Below are positions 31,801 to 44,678 of a DNA stretch of 64,000 nt, piece by piece. Below the pieces are notes generated by a model. The model did not search any database and was not told the origin of the DNA. It saw nothing but the letters and a program-made list of their open reading frames with translations. Position 1 is the stretch's first letter; each line of letters opens with the position of its first letter. The translations under genes were made by a program, and so were the position numbers. The stretch is from the human T2T-CHM13v2.0 reference genome, Homo sapiens, in the NCBI RefSeq assembly GCF_009914755.1, contig NC_060928.1. One strand, written 5' to 3'.

Positions 31801-34554
31801 GGGAGGTTGGGCGAGTGTGGGCGAGTGTGGGCAAGTGTGGGGGAGGGTGGGGGAGTGTGGGGGAGGTTGGGGGAGTGTGGGGGAGTGTGGGGGGGAGTGT
31901 GGGGGAGTGTGGGGGAGGTTGGGGGAGTGTGGGGGAGTGTGGGCGAGTGTGGGCAAGTGTGGGGGAGGGTGGGGGAGTGTGGGGGAGTGTGGGGGAGGTT
32001 GGGCGAGTGTGGGGGAGTGTGGGCGAGTGTGGGCAAGTGTGGGGGAGGGTGGGGGAGTGTGGGGGAGTGTGGGGGAGGTTGGGCGAGTGTGGGCGAGTGT
32101 GGGCAAGTGTGGGGGAGGGTGGGGGAGTGTGGGGGAGGTTGGGGGAGTGTGGGGGAGTGTGGGCGAGTGTGGGCAAGTGTGGGGGAGGGTGGGGGAGTGT
32201 GGGGGAGTGTGGGGGAGGTTGGGCGAGTGTGGGCGAGTGTGGGCAAGTGTGGGGGAGGGTGGGGGAGTGTGGGGGAGTGTGGGGGAGTGTGGGGGAGTGT
32301 GGGGGAGGTTGGGCGAGTGTGGGCGAGTGTGGGCAAGTGTGGGGGAGGGTGGGGGAGGGTGGGGGAGTGTGGGGGAGGTTGGGCGAGTGTGGGCGAGTGT
32401 GGGCAAGTGTGGGGGAGGGTGGGGGAGTGTGGGGGAGGTTGGGGGAGTGTGGGGGAGTGTGGGCGAGTGTGGGCAAGTGTGGGGGAGGGTGGGGGAGTGT
32501 GGGGGAGTGTGGGGGAGGTTGGGCGAGTGTGGGCGAGTGTGGGCAAGTGTGGGGGAGGGTGGGGGAGTGTGGGGGAGTGTGGGGGAGTGTGGGGGAGGTT
32601 GGGCGAGTGTGGGCGAGTGTGGGCAAGTGTGGGGGAGGGTGGGGGAGGGTGGGGGAGTGTGGGGGAGTGTGGGGGAGTGTGGGGGAGGTTGGGGGAGTGT
32701 GGGGGGGAGTGTGGGGGAGTGTGGGGGGGAGTGTGGGGGAGTGTGGGGGAGTGTGGGGGAGGTTGGGGGAGGTTGGGGAAGTGTGGGGGAGGAGTGTGGG
32801 GGAGTGTGGGGGAGTGTGGGGGGGAGTGTGGGGGAGTGTGGGGGAGGTTGGGGGAGGTTGGGCGAGTGTGGGCGAGTGTGGGCAAGTGTGGGGGAGGGTG
32901 GGGGAGTGTGGGGGAGGTTGGGGGAGTGTGGGGGAGTGTGGGCGAGTGTGGGCAAGTGTGGGGGAGGGTGGGGGAGTGTGGGGGAGTGTGGGGGAGGTTG
33001 GGCGAGTGTGGGCGAGTGTGGGCAAGTGTGGGGGAGGGTGGGGGAGTGTGGGGGAGGTTGGGGGAGTGTGGGGGAGTGTGGGGGAGTGTGGGGGAGGTTG
33101 GGGGAGTGTGGGGGAGGTTGGGGGAGTGTGGGCGAGTGTGGGGGAGGTTGGGGGAGTGTGGGGGAGGTTGGGGGAGTGTGGGCGAGTGTGGGGGAGGTTG
33201 GGGGAGTGTGGGGGAGGTTGGGGGAGTGTGGGGAACCTCTCCCACCTCCCAGCTGCTTCCAGGAGCCAGTTCTTTCGAGATGAGACACTCTGCTGCCTGT
33301 CTGTTCCCATTTGGCTGCAATAGACCATTGACAACATTCAGAGAACAAGAAGGGGCCTCACCTGTTTTCCCTGACACGTCGGAGGCAGATGGACATTCCC
33401 AGGGGACCTGGGGTAGAACCTGTTCATCTGCCCACCCCCAGGCTGTGCTGGCTTCATCTTATCTGTGTGATGGTGGCGGTGGGAATTACCAAGGGGTCAT
33501 CACACAGACCATGGACAAGTTCTACAAGAGCCAGGGAGAAGAGCCCTGTCCGTGCTTGCTGCCCAGCACCCAGCTCACACACACACCTCTTATTTGACAG
33601 CTTCCCCAAAGCGGGCTTTGCAGTCCAGGCTCCCCGAGAAGCTTGGGGAGGAGACTCTGCCAGTCTGAAGGGCCTATCCCTAAAAAGGTGCCACCCTCAC
33701 CAGGCTCATCCTGGCAATCTTGGATTATCTTTGCTCTGAGGTTTTGGAGTGGGGGACAGGGAGACAGCAGACACTGCACATCACCCATCTTTCCAGAGAG
33801 CATCAGCCCTCCAGACTGGGGCAGGTCAGACCTCCACTTGGGCGTTTTTCTCACTGGTTGCCAGTTGGGGGAAGCAGCATTTGTGAGCACCTGCCTGTCT
33901 TCCCAGGTCCTGTTCAGAAACCCCATCTGTGCCTTTGGAGAGACTGCCCTGAGCACACAGGCCCAGCAACCACCATATACGACCCCCAGGACCTAATCCC
34001 CCTCTACATAGGGTTCAGTGCATGTTAGCAGACACTGGGCTCGATTCCTGCCTAGTCCCTGCCAGATACCCCATGCCCACCTCGTGAAGAGAATGAGGCC
34101 ACACAAACACACCCAGACCGTCTTGGTGATGGAGTGCCTGGGGTCCCACTTGCCCACCCTTCATTGCTGGTTCAGAGCCAGCTGTCTGACCACATTCCTA
34201 CCCCGAGATGGGACTTTGGGGACATTGTCCACCAGGGTCGCTGAGCCCTTTTAAAGTTCCAGACACATGGCCAACTGGTCCCCTAAAAGTTTGGTACATG
34301 GGATAAGCCAAGGCTTTTCTTCAGGAACAGGCTTTCCACCACGTCGCTGCCCAAGGCCCAGGGCATCCCCAAGTTCATGTGGCGCCTGCCTGCCATGTCC
34401 ACAGCCCATGCCGAGCCCTCCTAGAGCCACTGGAATGCTTGTTCCTGGGCATGTGATGAACCCAGACAGCTTCCGCCTTGCAGGACAACTGTGCACATCT
34501 GGCAGCAGTAGCCAGAGGGCCCATAGAAGTTGGAGGTGAAACCAGATGCTGTGA
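28857..34554 (+). pseudogene. Unprocessed FAM166A/CIMIP2A-like pseudogene; exon remnants ~28857-29066, 29118-29380, 29470-29593, 33442-33534, 33907-34023, ~34476-34554
   Basis: Colinear peptides QVGNTYG..SVQK..PHYT; PPGVENIPRQVLLP; LYHYEREE; GCAGFI..QTMDKFYKSQ; VLFRNP..QDLIPLYIGF; LQDNCA match recalled FAM166A; frameshifts, stops and mutated splice sites; exon 1 not located. Confidence 0.85.
29694..33234 (+). repeat. G-rich minisatellite, 10-bp unit GGGGGAGTGT, ~350 copies
   Basis: Variants GGGGGAGGTT, GGGGAAGTGT, GGGCGAGTGT, GGGCAAGTGT, GGGGGAGGGT, plus 12- and 13-mers. Confidence 0.99.
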
Positions 34555-34560
34555 GAATAC

Positions 34561-34566
34561 TTTATT
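34561..34566 (-). terminator. TUBB7P: TUBB7P polyadenylation signal
   Basis: TTTATT (AATAAA on -) ~165 nt past the stop codon. Confidence 0.75.
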
Positions 34567-34730
34567 AGGCAAAACCGCATACTATAAAAATGCTTTAAAA
34601 TGCAGCAGGAGATGTGAAGACACAAATGAACGAGCGCATAGTGACACATGGCTGTCAGAACACAGTGAAGGATCCACACTGCTTCCCCCCTTTACCTAGA
34701 AAAGGAGAGTTCTAGGCCACCTCCTCCTCC

Positions 34731-37079
34731 TCATACTCCTCCTCCCTCGGCCGTGGCATCCTGATATTGCTGATATTCAGACACCAAGTCGTTCATGTTG
34801 CTCTCGGCCTCAGTGAATTCCATCTCATCCATGCCCTCGCCCGTGTACCAGTGGAGGAAGGCCTTGCGCCTGAACGTTGCTGTAAACTGCTCTGAGACCC
34901 GCTTGAGTTCCTGGACGGCTGTGTTGTTCCCAGTGAAGGTGACTGACATTTTTAGCCCCCAGGGTGGGATGTCACAGACGGCTGTTTTTACGTTGTTGGG
35001 GAACCAGTCAGCAAAGTAGCTGCTGTTCTTATCTTGAATGTTGAACATCTGTTCATCCACCTCCCTCATGGGCATGCGACCCTGGAAAATGGCAGCCGCC
35101 GTTAGGTAGCGGCCGTGACGGGGGTCACGGGCAGCCATCATGTTCTTAGCATCAAACATCTGCTGGGTGAGCTCAGCCACAGTCAAGGCCCGGTACTGCT
35201 GGCTGCCCCGGCTGGTCAGTGGGGCAAAGCCGGGCATGAAGAAATGCAGCCGGGGAAACGGGACCATGTTCATGGCCAGCTTCCGCAGGTCAGCATTCAG
35301 CTGGTCGGGGAAGCACAGGCACGTGGTGACCCCACTCATGGTAGCAGACACCAGGTGGTTCAGGTCACCATAGGTGGGTGTGGGCAGTTTTAGGGTCCTG
35401 GAACATATGTCATATAGCGCTTCGTTATCTATGCAGAAGGTCTCATCTGCGTTTTCTATGAGCTGGTGGACTGAGAGGGTGGCGTTGTAGGGCTCCACCA
35501 CGGTGTCTGACACCTTGGGCAAGAGCAGGATGCTCAATGTGTTTATAATCCTGTCTGGGTACTCCTCCCAGATCTTACTAATGAGAAGGGTACCCATCCC
35601 AGACCCAGTCCCCCCACCCAGGGAGTGGGTCAGCTGGAAACCCTGCAGGCAGTCACAGCTCTCAGCCTCCTTTCTGACAACGTCCATCACTGACTCCGTC
35701 AGCTCCGCGCCTTCGGTGTAGCGTCCCTTGGCCCAGTTGTTTCCGGCCCCACACTGACCTGTAAGACAGCACAGCCGGTCACTCGACGGCCAGGTATACG
35801 GTCATCAGTGGTCACCACCATAATGCAGAAAGGGCCAAGTGTCACGTGTGAGGTGAGAGCACCATTCGCCCTGCAGGTGGAGCAAATGAAACCCCCTCCC
35901 CCGGAGTTACAGGACAGCAGCTTCCCCTCTCTTAGGAATTAAGTCAGGAGTCAAACCTGAGAGGGGCTAACCTCACTGCAGGTGGAACAAATGAAAACCC
36001 CTCCCCCGGAGTTACAGGACAGCAGCTTCCCCCGTTAGGAATTAAGACAGGAGTCAAACCTGAGACGGGCTCACAGAACTCGCTGCAGGTGGAACAAATG
36101 AAACCCCCTCCCCAGGAGTTACAGGACAGCAGCTTCCCCTGTTAGGAATTAAGTCAGGAGTCGAACCTGAGACGGGTTCACAGACCTCGCTGCAGGTGGC
36201 CCATTCTCAGGGAAGGCAGTAGCCACGGCCCCAGCTCAGGTCCTTGCAGGGAGTTTACATCAGTAGCTCCTCACCTTGAGGAGACACCCGGGCCTTCCTC
36301 CCGAAGCCCGTTTAGGAGGCAGATGGAGCGACTCGACTCGGAGGACAGGAGGGTGTTCAGGGGCCCTGGCGCCACAGTTCCCACAGGATGACCTTGGAGC
36401 GTTCCTGGATTTCGAGCTGCCCTGGCTAAGGAGCCGCACCCCAGTCCTCGCCCGCAGCTCACGGGAAATGAAGTTGTCTGGCCTGAAGACCTGCCCGAAG
36501 GGCCCCGAGCGCACAGAGTCCATGGTGCCCGGCTCCAGATCCACGAGCACAGCGCGGGACACGTACCTGCCACCTGCGTGGGGCGGGAGGGCATGAGCGA
36601 GGGGAGGGCCGCGTTCCCAGGAGGGCGGTGGGGGAAGGACGGGGGTCGCACCGCTGGCCTCGTGGTGGTGCACGTTGATGCGCTCCAGCTGCAGGTGGCT
36701 GTCCCCGTGGTAGGTGCCAGCGGAGTCGATGGCATGTTCATCAGAGATCACCTCCCAGAACTGCGGAGACGGGAGGGGCCAGACAGGCCGGGGCTGAGTC
36801 ACGGAGGCGCCCCAGCCGCTCTCCCACCCCCACCCGCACCCCCATCCCTAGGCCGCCCTGTCCCTGGGGTCCACCCCGGCCGCCTCGCCAGCCACCCGGT
36901 TCCACCGTCCCCGGCAGGGAGCCCAGGGGCCGCAATGCAGGGGCACCGCCCCCGCCGCTGCCAACATCTTCCCCGGCCACCCGGCAGGCCCGGGCTGGGC
37001 CCTCAGAGCCCCGGCTGCCAACCTTGGCGCCGATCTGGTTCCCGCACTGCCCGGTCTGCGTGAGCACAAGCTCCCTCGT
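34731..37079 (-). pseudogene. TUBB7P: TUBB8-family beta-tubulin TUBB7P (TUBB4Q); exons 37079-37023, 36760-36652, 36573-36463, 35758-34731
   Basis: All GT-AG introns; 1305 nt open frame (434 codons plus stop); GGGTGSG motif; TUBB8-type [13 protein letters not shown]; start is ACG (TREL); ends DATAEGGGV*; lies distal to FRG1. Confidence 0.93.
35871..36199 (+). repeat. ~106-bp tandem repeat x3 in tubulin intron 3
   Basis: CTGCAGGTGG-initiated units at 35871, 35976, 36083 and a stub at 36190. Confidence 0.9.
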
Positions 37080-37200
37080 GGCCAAGGCAGGATTAGGGCG
37101 GCAGGAGAAGCGCGAGAAGGAGGAGCAGACGCACAGCGACCCAGCCCGGCCTCCGCCAACGCTTAAACAGCCCCGCGCCCACCTCCCTCAGCCTGGGATT
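36250..37200. promoter_or_regulatory. CpG island / promoter of TUBB7P
   Basis: High GC and CpG density over exons 1-3 and the 5' flank. Confidence 0.75.
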
Positions 37201-38793
37201 GGGCTCCCAGAATAAGCAACAGCTTTACTTCCACACAGGTGCACCCACCTGTGAATCCCCTGGCGTTGAACGTCTGTTGGAGAACTCAGGTGTCCTTGCG
37301 TGGTCCCTTCCACGTTGGGGAAAGCTGCTCAGCTGGAGAACTTCCTCCCACGTCTTTAGTAAGACTAAATCCCTAGCTGAGCTGAAACTGAATTTTCCTC
37401 CCATGTGGGAGGGGAAGACGCTTGTTTCCATATGCACGGAGTGCCTTTGCACCTGTCCTAGATTGATGACATATTTTTGTAATTGATGAATCTTTTCATC
37501 TATTAGGAGATCTGTCGTTAGGAAAGGCCTTCCACATGTTAACAGGACTTAATTATACGTTTTACTTTGGAGCAGTTCAAATCTGCAGTAAGCTATGGGT
37601 GTTAGAGATAGTCAGGCCTCTGATTTAGCTAGAGTCTTCTTTAGGATTAGCCCTTTCACCTTTCCAGAGGACTGCGGTCTCCACACAGAGTGAAGGTAAT
37701 ATTGGATTCTTAAAGCTGAGGATAGGTGTTGGGTTACGCCTGCTGTGAAAGATGGGCCATTGTCACTTTGCAGGCTTTTAGATTACCCAAACTGAGGAGT
37801 TATTTCTTCTGGTAAACATTTTTCAGATGGGGTGGGGAATGCCTCGATCTAACCAGTGAAGGTATCAGTAAGCATTAGCAAATATTTGAATCTCTTGCAG
37901 AAAGTCATTGGGGTACATTAGAGTTGCCAGTTCTCACCTGGATAGGTTCCTTAATTTTGGACAGGTTTAACTGGAGGAGAAAATTGCTGGCCGTTTGGGT
38001 CATGTCAGGCACAGAGCTCACAGTGCTGAGTCACCTGTTTTAGTGTCTTGAAAAGATTTACCCCTATAAACAAGTGAGACATTAACAGAAACAAAGAATC
38101 CCTTCTAGGGTGAAAAGAATCATGAAAGTGCTGAGTTATACTCTTGTGATTGGTACTTGGCATTAGTAATTTATTACCATCATTCAGCCAGCCCGAGGGG
38201 CCCTGGACTGAAATGCAATCCCTGGCCCATTTCTGTTCTTCTTCAGAGTGTTCCGGCCCAGTTCTATGTATGCTGACCAGCACGCCCATAAGCTTCATTG
38301 GCCCTTTCAGTGCAGGGGCCTTGGCTGCAGCTACAAGGTCATTTCCTTTTACATGGTCAGTCTCTCTTTTGATGTCCTCTGCAATTAATTATAGTCACTT
38401 TCTGGCAGCAAAGCAGTATTCTAACAAGCTCAAAATCTGAATGATGTTGTATGGAAAAGCCCTTGGGGTCAGGAGTCCCCACCCATTCCAAATTGCAGCA
38501 TAAGCATGAAGCACTAAAAAATCATACTTGGAATCAGTGTAAATGTTAACTTTTAAATCCTTTCCAACTGCAGGGGCCTAGTAAGTTCAATTAACTCAGC
38601 TTTTTGAGCTGAGGTCGAGGCCAGCAAGGCTTGTGCCTTGATTCTCTTGTGCTGACTACTAATAGCATATCTAGACCTCCTGTTTTCCTGATGCATAAAA
38701 CAACTTGCATCTGTTAACCACTCTGCCTTGGGATGGTCAAGGAGCTCATCTCTCCTACGTCTGGCCTGCTAGATCAATTTGTTTCATAACCTG

Positions 38794-39444
38794 TGACATG
38801 CTTTGGCTGTGCCCCCAGTCAAGTCTTATCTTGAATTGTAGCTCCCATAATTCCCATATATCGTGGGAGGGACCCAGTGGGAGGTAATTGAATCAGGGGA
38901 TGGGTCTTTCCCATGCTGTTCTCGTGACAGTGAATAAGCCTCATGAGATCTGATAGTTTATTTATTTATTTATTTTTGATACATAGTCTTGCTCTGTTGC
39001 TCAGGCTGGAGTGCATTATCGTGATCTTGGCTCACTGCAAACTCTGACTCCTGGGTTCAAGCGATTCTCCTGTCTCAGCTTCCCGAGTAGCTGGGATTAC
39101 AGGTGCCCACAACCATGCCTGTTTAATTTTTGCACTTTTAGTATAGACAGGGTTTCACCATGTTGGCCAGGCTGGCCTCCATCTCCTCACCTCAGGTCAT
39201 CCACTGCCTTGGCCTCCCAAAGTGCTGGATTACAGCTGATGGTTTTATAAAGGGGAGTTTCCCTACACAAGCTCTTTTGCCTGCTGCCACGTAAGAGATG
39301 TGACTTTGTTCCTCACCTGCCTTCTGCCATGAGTGTGAGGCCTCTCCGACCATGTGGAACTGTGAGTCAATTAAACCTCTTTTCTTTATAAATTTCCCAG
39401 CCTCAGATATGTCTTTATTAGCAGCGTGAGAACAGACTAATACA
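38794..39444 (+). mobile_element. THE1 (MaLR) solo LTR with an internal minus-strand Alu (~38957-39236)
   Basis: TGACATGCTTTGGCTGTG...GAACAGACTAATACA; TSD acctg/gcctg. Confidence 0.9.
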
Positions 39445-42019
39445 GCCTGTATGCCAGAAAGGCTGGGAGCACCTGTGGACTCTGACAGCTAAGTAGCTGG
39501 GTTTGTGGTTTGGCAGGCTTTAAGGGTTGTGTCTGGAGGGTCTAGCAATAAGGCCTGACACTTTCATAAATGTTCTCCTATTATCCACTGCTGCCCTTTA
39601 GCTTCCAGGACCACCTTCCCTTGGTGTGGGGTCAAAAACCTGTAGGTGCTGTTCTAATGTTAGTTTATTAGCTTTGCCTGCTAGAAAAGTGGTAGCAGCA
39701 ATAGCTCTAAGACATCAAGGCCACCCTGAGGCCGCCTGGTCTATCTGCTTAGAAAATTAGGCTACTGGCCTTGGAATGTCCCCCAGTTTTGAGACAAGAT
39801 TACCCAAGGCCTATGCCTTGCTTTTTGGTCACATAAAGAAAAAATGGTTCATCCAACTTGGGGACTCCCATGGCTGCAGCAGAGCTCAATTTCTCCTTGA
39901 GAGTATTGAAGGTTTGCTTGCAGTTCTCATTACGTTCTAGGAGCTCTAAATCTTTCCCTTTAGTGTATCATATAAAGGCTTGGCTACATGTCCAAATCTG
40001 GGCAACCATAAGCAGCAGTACCCAGCCATCTCCTAAAAGAGCCCACAGTCATTTGTTGGACTGGGACCCTTCGGTGACTAAAATAACTTTTTTATCTTCT
40101 AGGGTTGTTGATCAGTTCCAGTGGTTAAGACAGATTCCAAATATTTAAGTCTTTGAGTCAAAATCTGAGCCCTGTATGGGGATACCGTATATCTGCAACT
40201 TCCCAGGAAACTTACCAACTTAACAGTATTATTATTTGAGTCTTCTTTAGTTGGGCTAGCAATGAGCAAGTCACCTACATACTGAATAATTGTGTCCCTT
40301 TCCAGTTGTAGATTTCTTAAGTCCTTAGCTAGAGCATTTTCAAATAAGTGGGGGCTATCCCAGAACCCTTCAGAGACGACTGTCCAGGTTAGTTTTGAGG
40401 CTGAATGTGTATCTGGATTAGTCCATTCAAAGGCAAACATATTGTGAATCTGGATGCATTGAGATGCAGAAAAATGCGTCTTTCAGATTTAAGAATGTAA
40501 ACCAGCTTGCATCCCCTGGGACTTGGTAAGTATTGGGGACAATGAGGTGTATGGAGACAACTGCATTTCTTAGCGCTCTAAGGGTTCTGACAAATCTGTA
40601 CTTGCCATTAGGCTTTTTATCTGGTAACATGCGAGTATTGTAAGGAGACTCTCATGGGCTTCATAACTCATATGGCAAGAATTTGGCAATAAGGGGTTGA
40701 ATTTCCCCTCATGCTTCTTGCCTTAAAATGTATTGTCTCTTCTGAGGGCGAGGAGCACTAGGCTGAAGTTGGATTTGAATCGGGGAGGTGTTTAGTGCAT
40801 TTCCCAGAGCCTGTGTGGCCCAAACTTCAAGATTTACTTGAGACAATACCTCAGGTGGTAAATGTGACAGCTCATTCTTAACTTCTTTTTTTTCCCCTGA
40901 GGGGTCAGGAACAAAAGTAACACTTTCTATGATTTATGATCTGTGAAGGTGACCATGACTTGGTCTCCTGAGTCAATAAACTTCTCCCCAGTAAGAGATC
41001 AGGCATTCAGACCGTACTAAAAAGGTAGGTGAGAAGCCCAGAGGCCCTGGAGGACAACTTAGAAGATACAAAAAGCAGTTATTTTGGGCTTGTCCATCAT
41101 GAAGAGACAGGAGCCCACTGTATTGAATCAGGACAGAGTCATCTGCTCCCACACCTAATAAGAAGTTAATACTCCTACCTGCCACTACAAGAGTCACCTG
41201 AGGCTTCTCCATCTCTGGATACCTAATAGTCCAATGGGAGTGGAGGCAGGAAGTAACAGGCCCTCCCACTTTCAAGTCTGCTGGGCTCTGAGGTTGGCTC
41301 CCTTGAAAGCACAGTGCATTTCCTTCAGCAGTGGCTGACCTTCTTACAGAAGGCACATTGATTTATATCCACGACACAGTGGCCCAGAGGCACAGACTGG
41401 GACTTTCACCTTCTCACTTCCTCTGTGAGGGCCAGGGTTAACGGGCTGCCTCTGAAGTGGTGGAGAGCACAAGGCTGCAGCTAGAAGCTGGGCCTTTTGG
41501 GACATTTGGTTTATTTTATGTTTTCTCTGCCCTATTCCTGTGATGGAAAACTGCAAAATCCAAATCTAAAATCTGATCCATGGGAGTCTGGAAGCCTAAG
41601 GCTGCTTTTGGCGGCTTCCTGCAGATATCAGAAGCAGGCTGGGCTATAAAGTAAACTCCTAGCAATGCCTATCCCTTCTTGGAGTAAGGGTCAGTGTTAG
41701 TGTATTTTCTCAAGGTCTAAATTATCCACCCTTGTAATAAGGCTAGGTTTTCATCTTTTCCGAGTAATTTTCCAGACTTTATAAAAATTAAAAAGCTTTA
41801 TCACAATTTTTTTTATTCCTTCAAGGAGTCAAATGATCATAATTTTTTCTCTCTATATCCCACTTTCTTCCTAATTCATTCATCTTTTCTAGATTCTAGT
41901 TCTCTTTTGAGTCCTAATCAGGCACTTCTGTGCCTCCCACTTGATAGGTGTCATGTCCCTGGTTGCAGGCTGCCACCCTATTAGCATGTGCTCTACCACT
42001 CCCATAACACACTGCTTTT

Positions 42020-44678
<2,659 letters not shown>

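Noticed and set aside
29694-33234. CRISPR array or telomeric repeat
   Set aside because: No unique spacers, eukaryotic context, and the unit is not TTAGGG
29159-33597. Six 1200-1400 aa ORFs (extensin-like Pro/His/Thr and Gly/Trp/Val/Cys)
   Set aside because: The repeat units contain no stop codon in any frame; most starts are GTG/TTG; these are VNTR artefacts
34731-37079. Functional TUBB8
   Set aside because: ACG start, truncated tail, many substitutions and linkage to FRG1 fit TUBB7P/TUBB4Q
37621-37631. DUX4-like motif (TAGCTAAATCA on -)
   Set aside because: Two mismatches to the consensus; expected by chance
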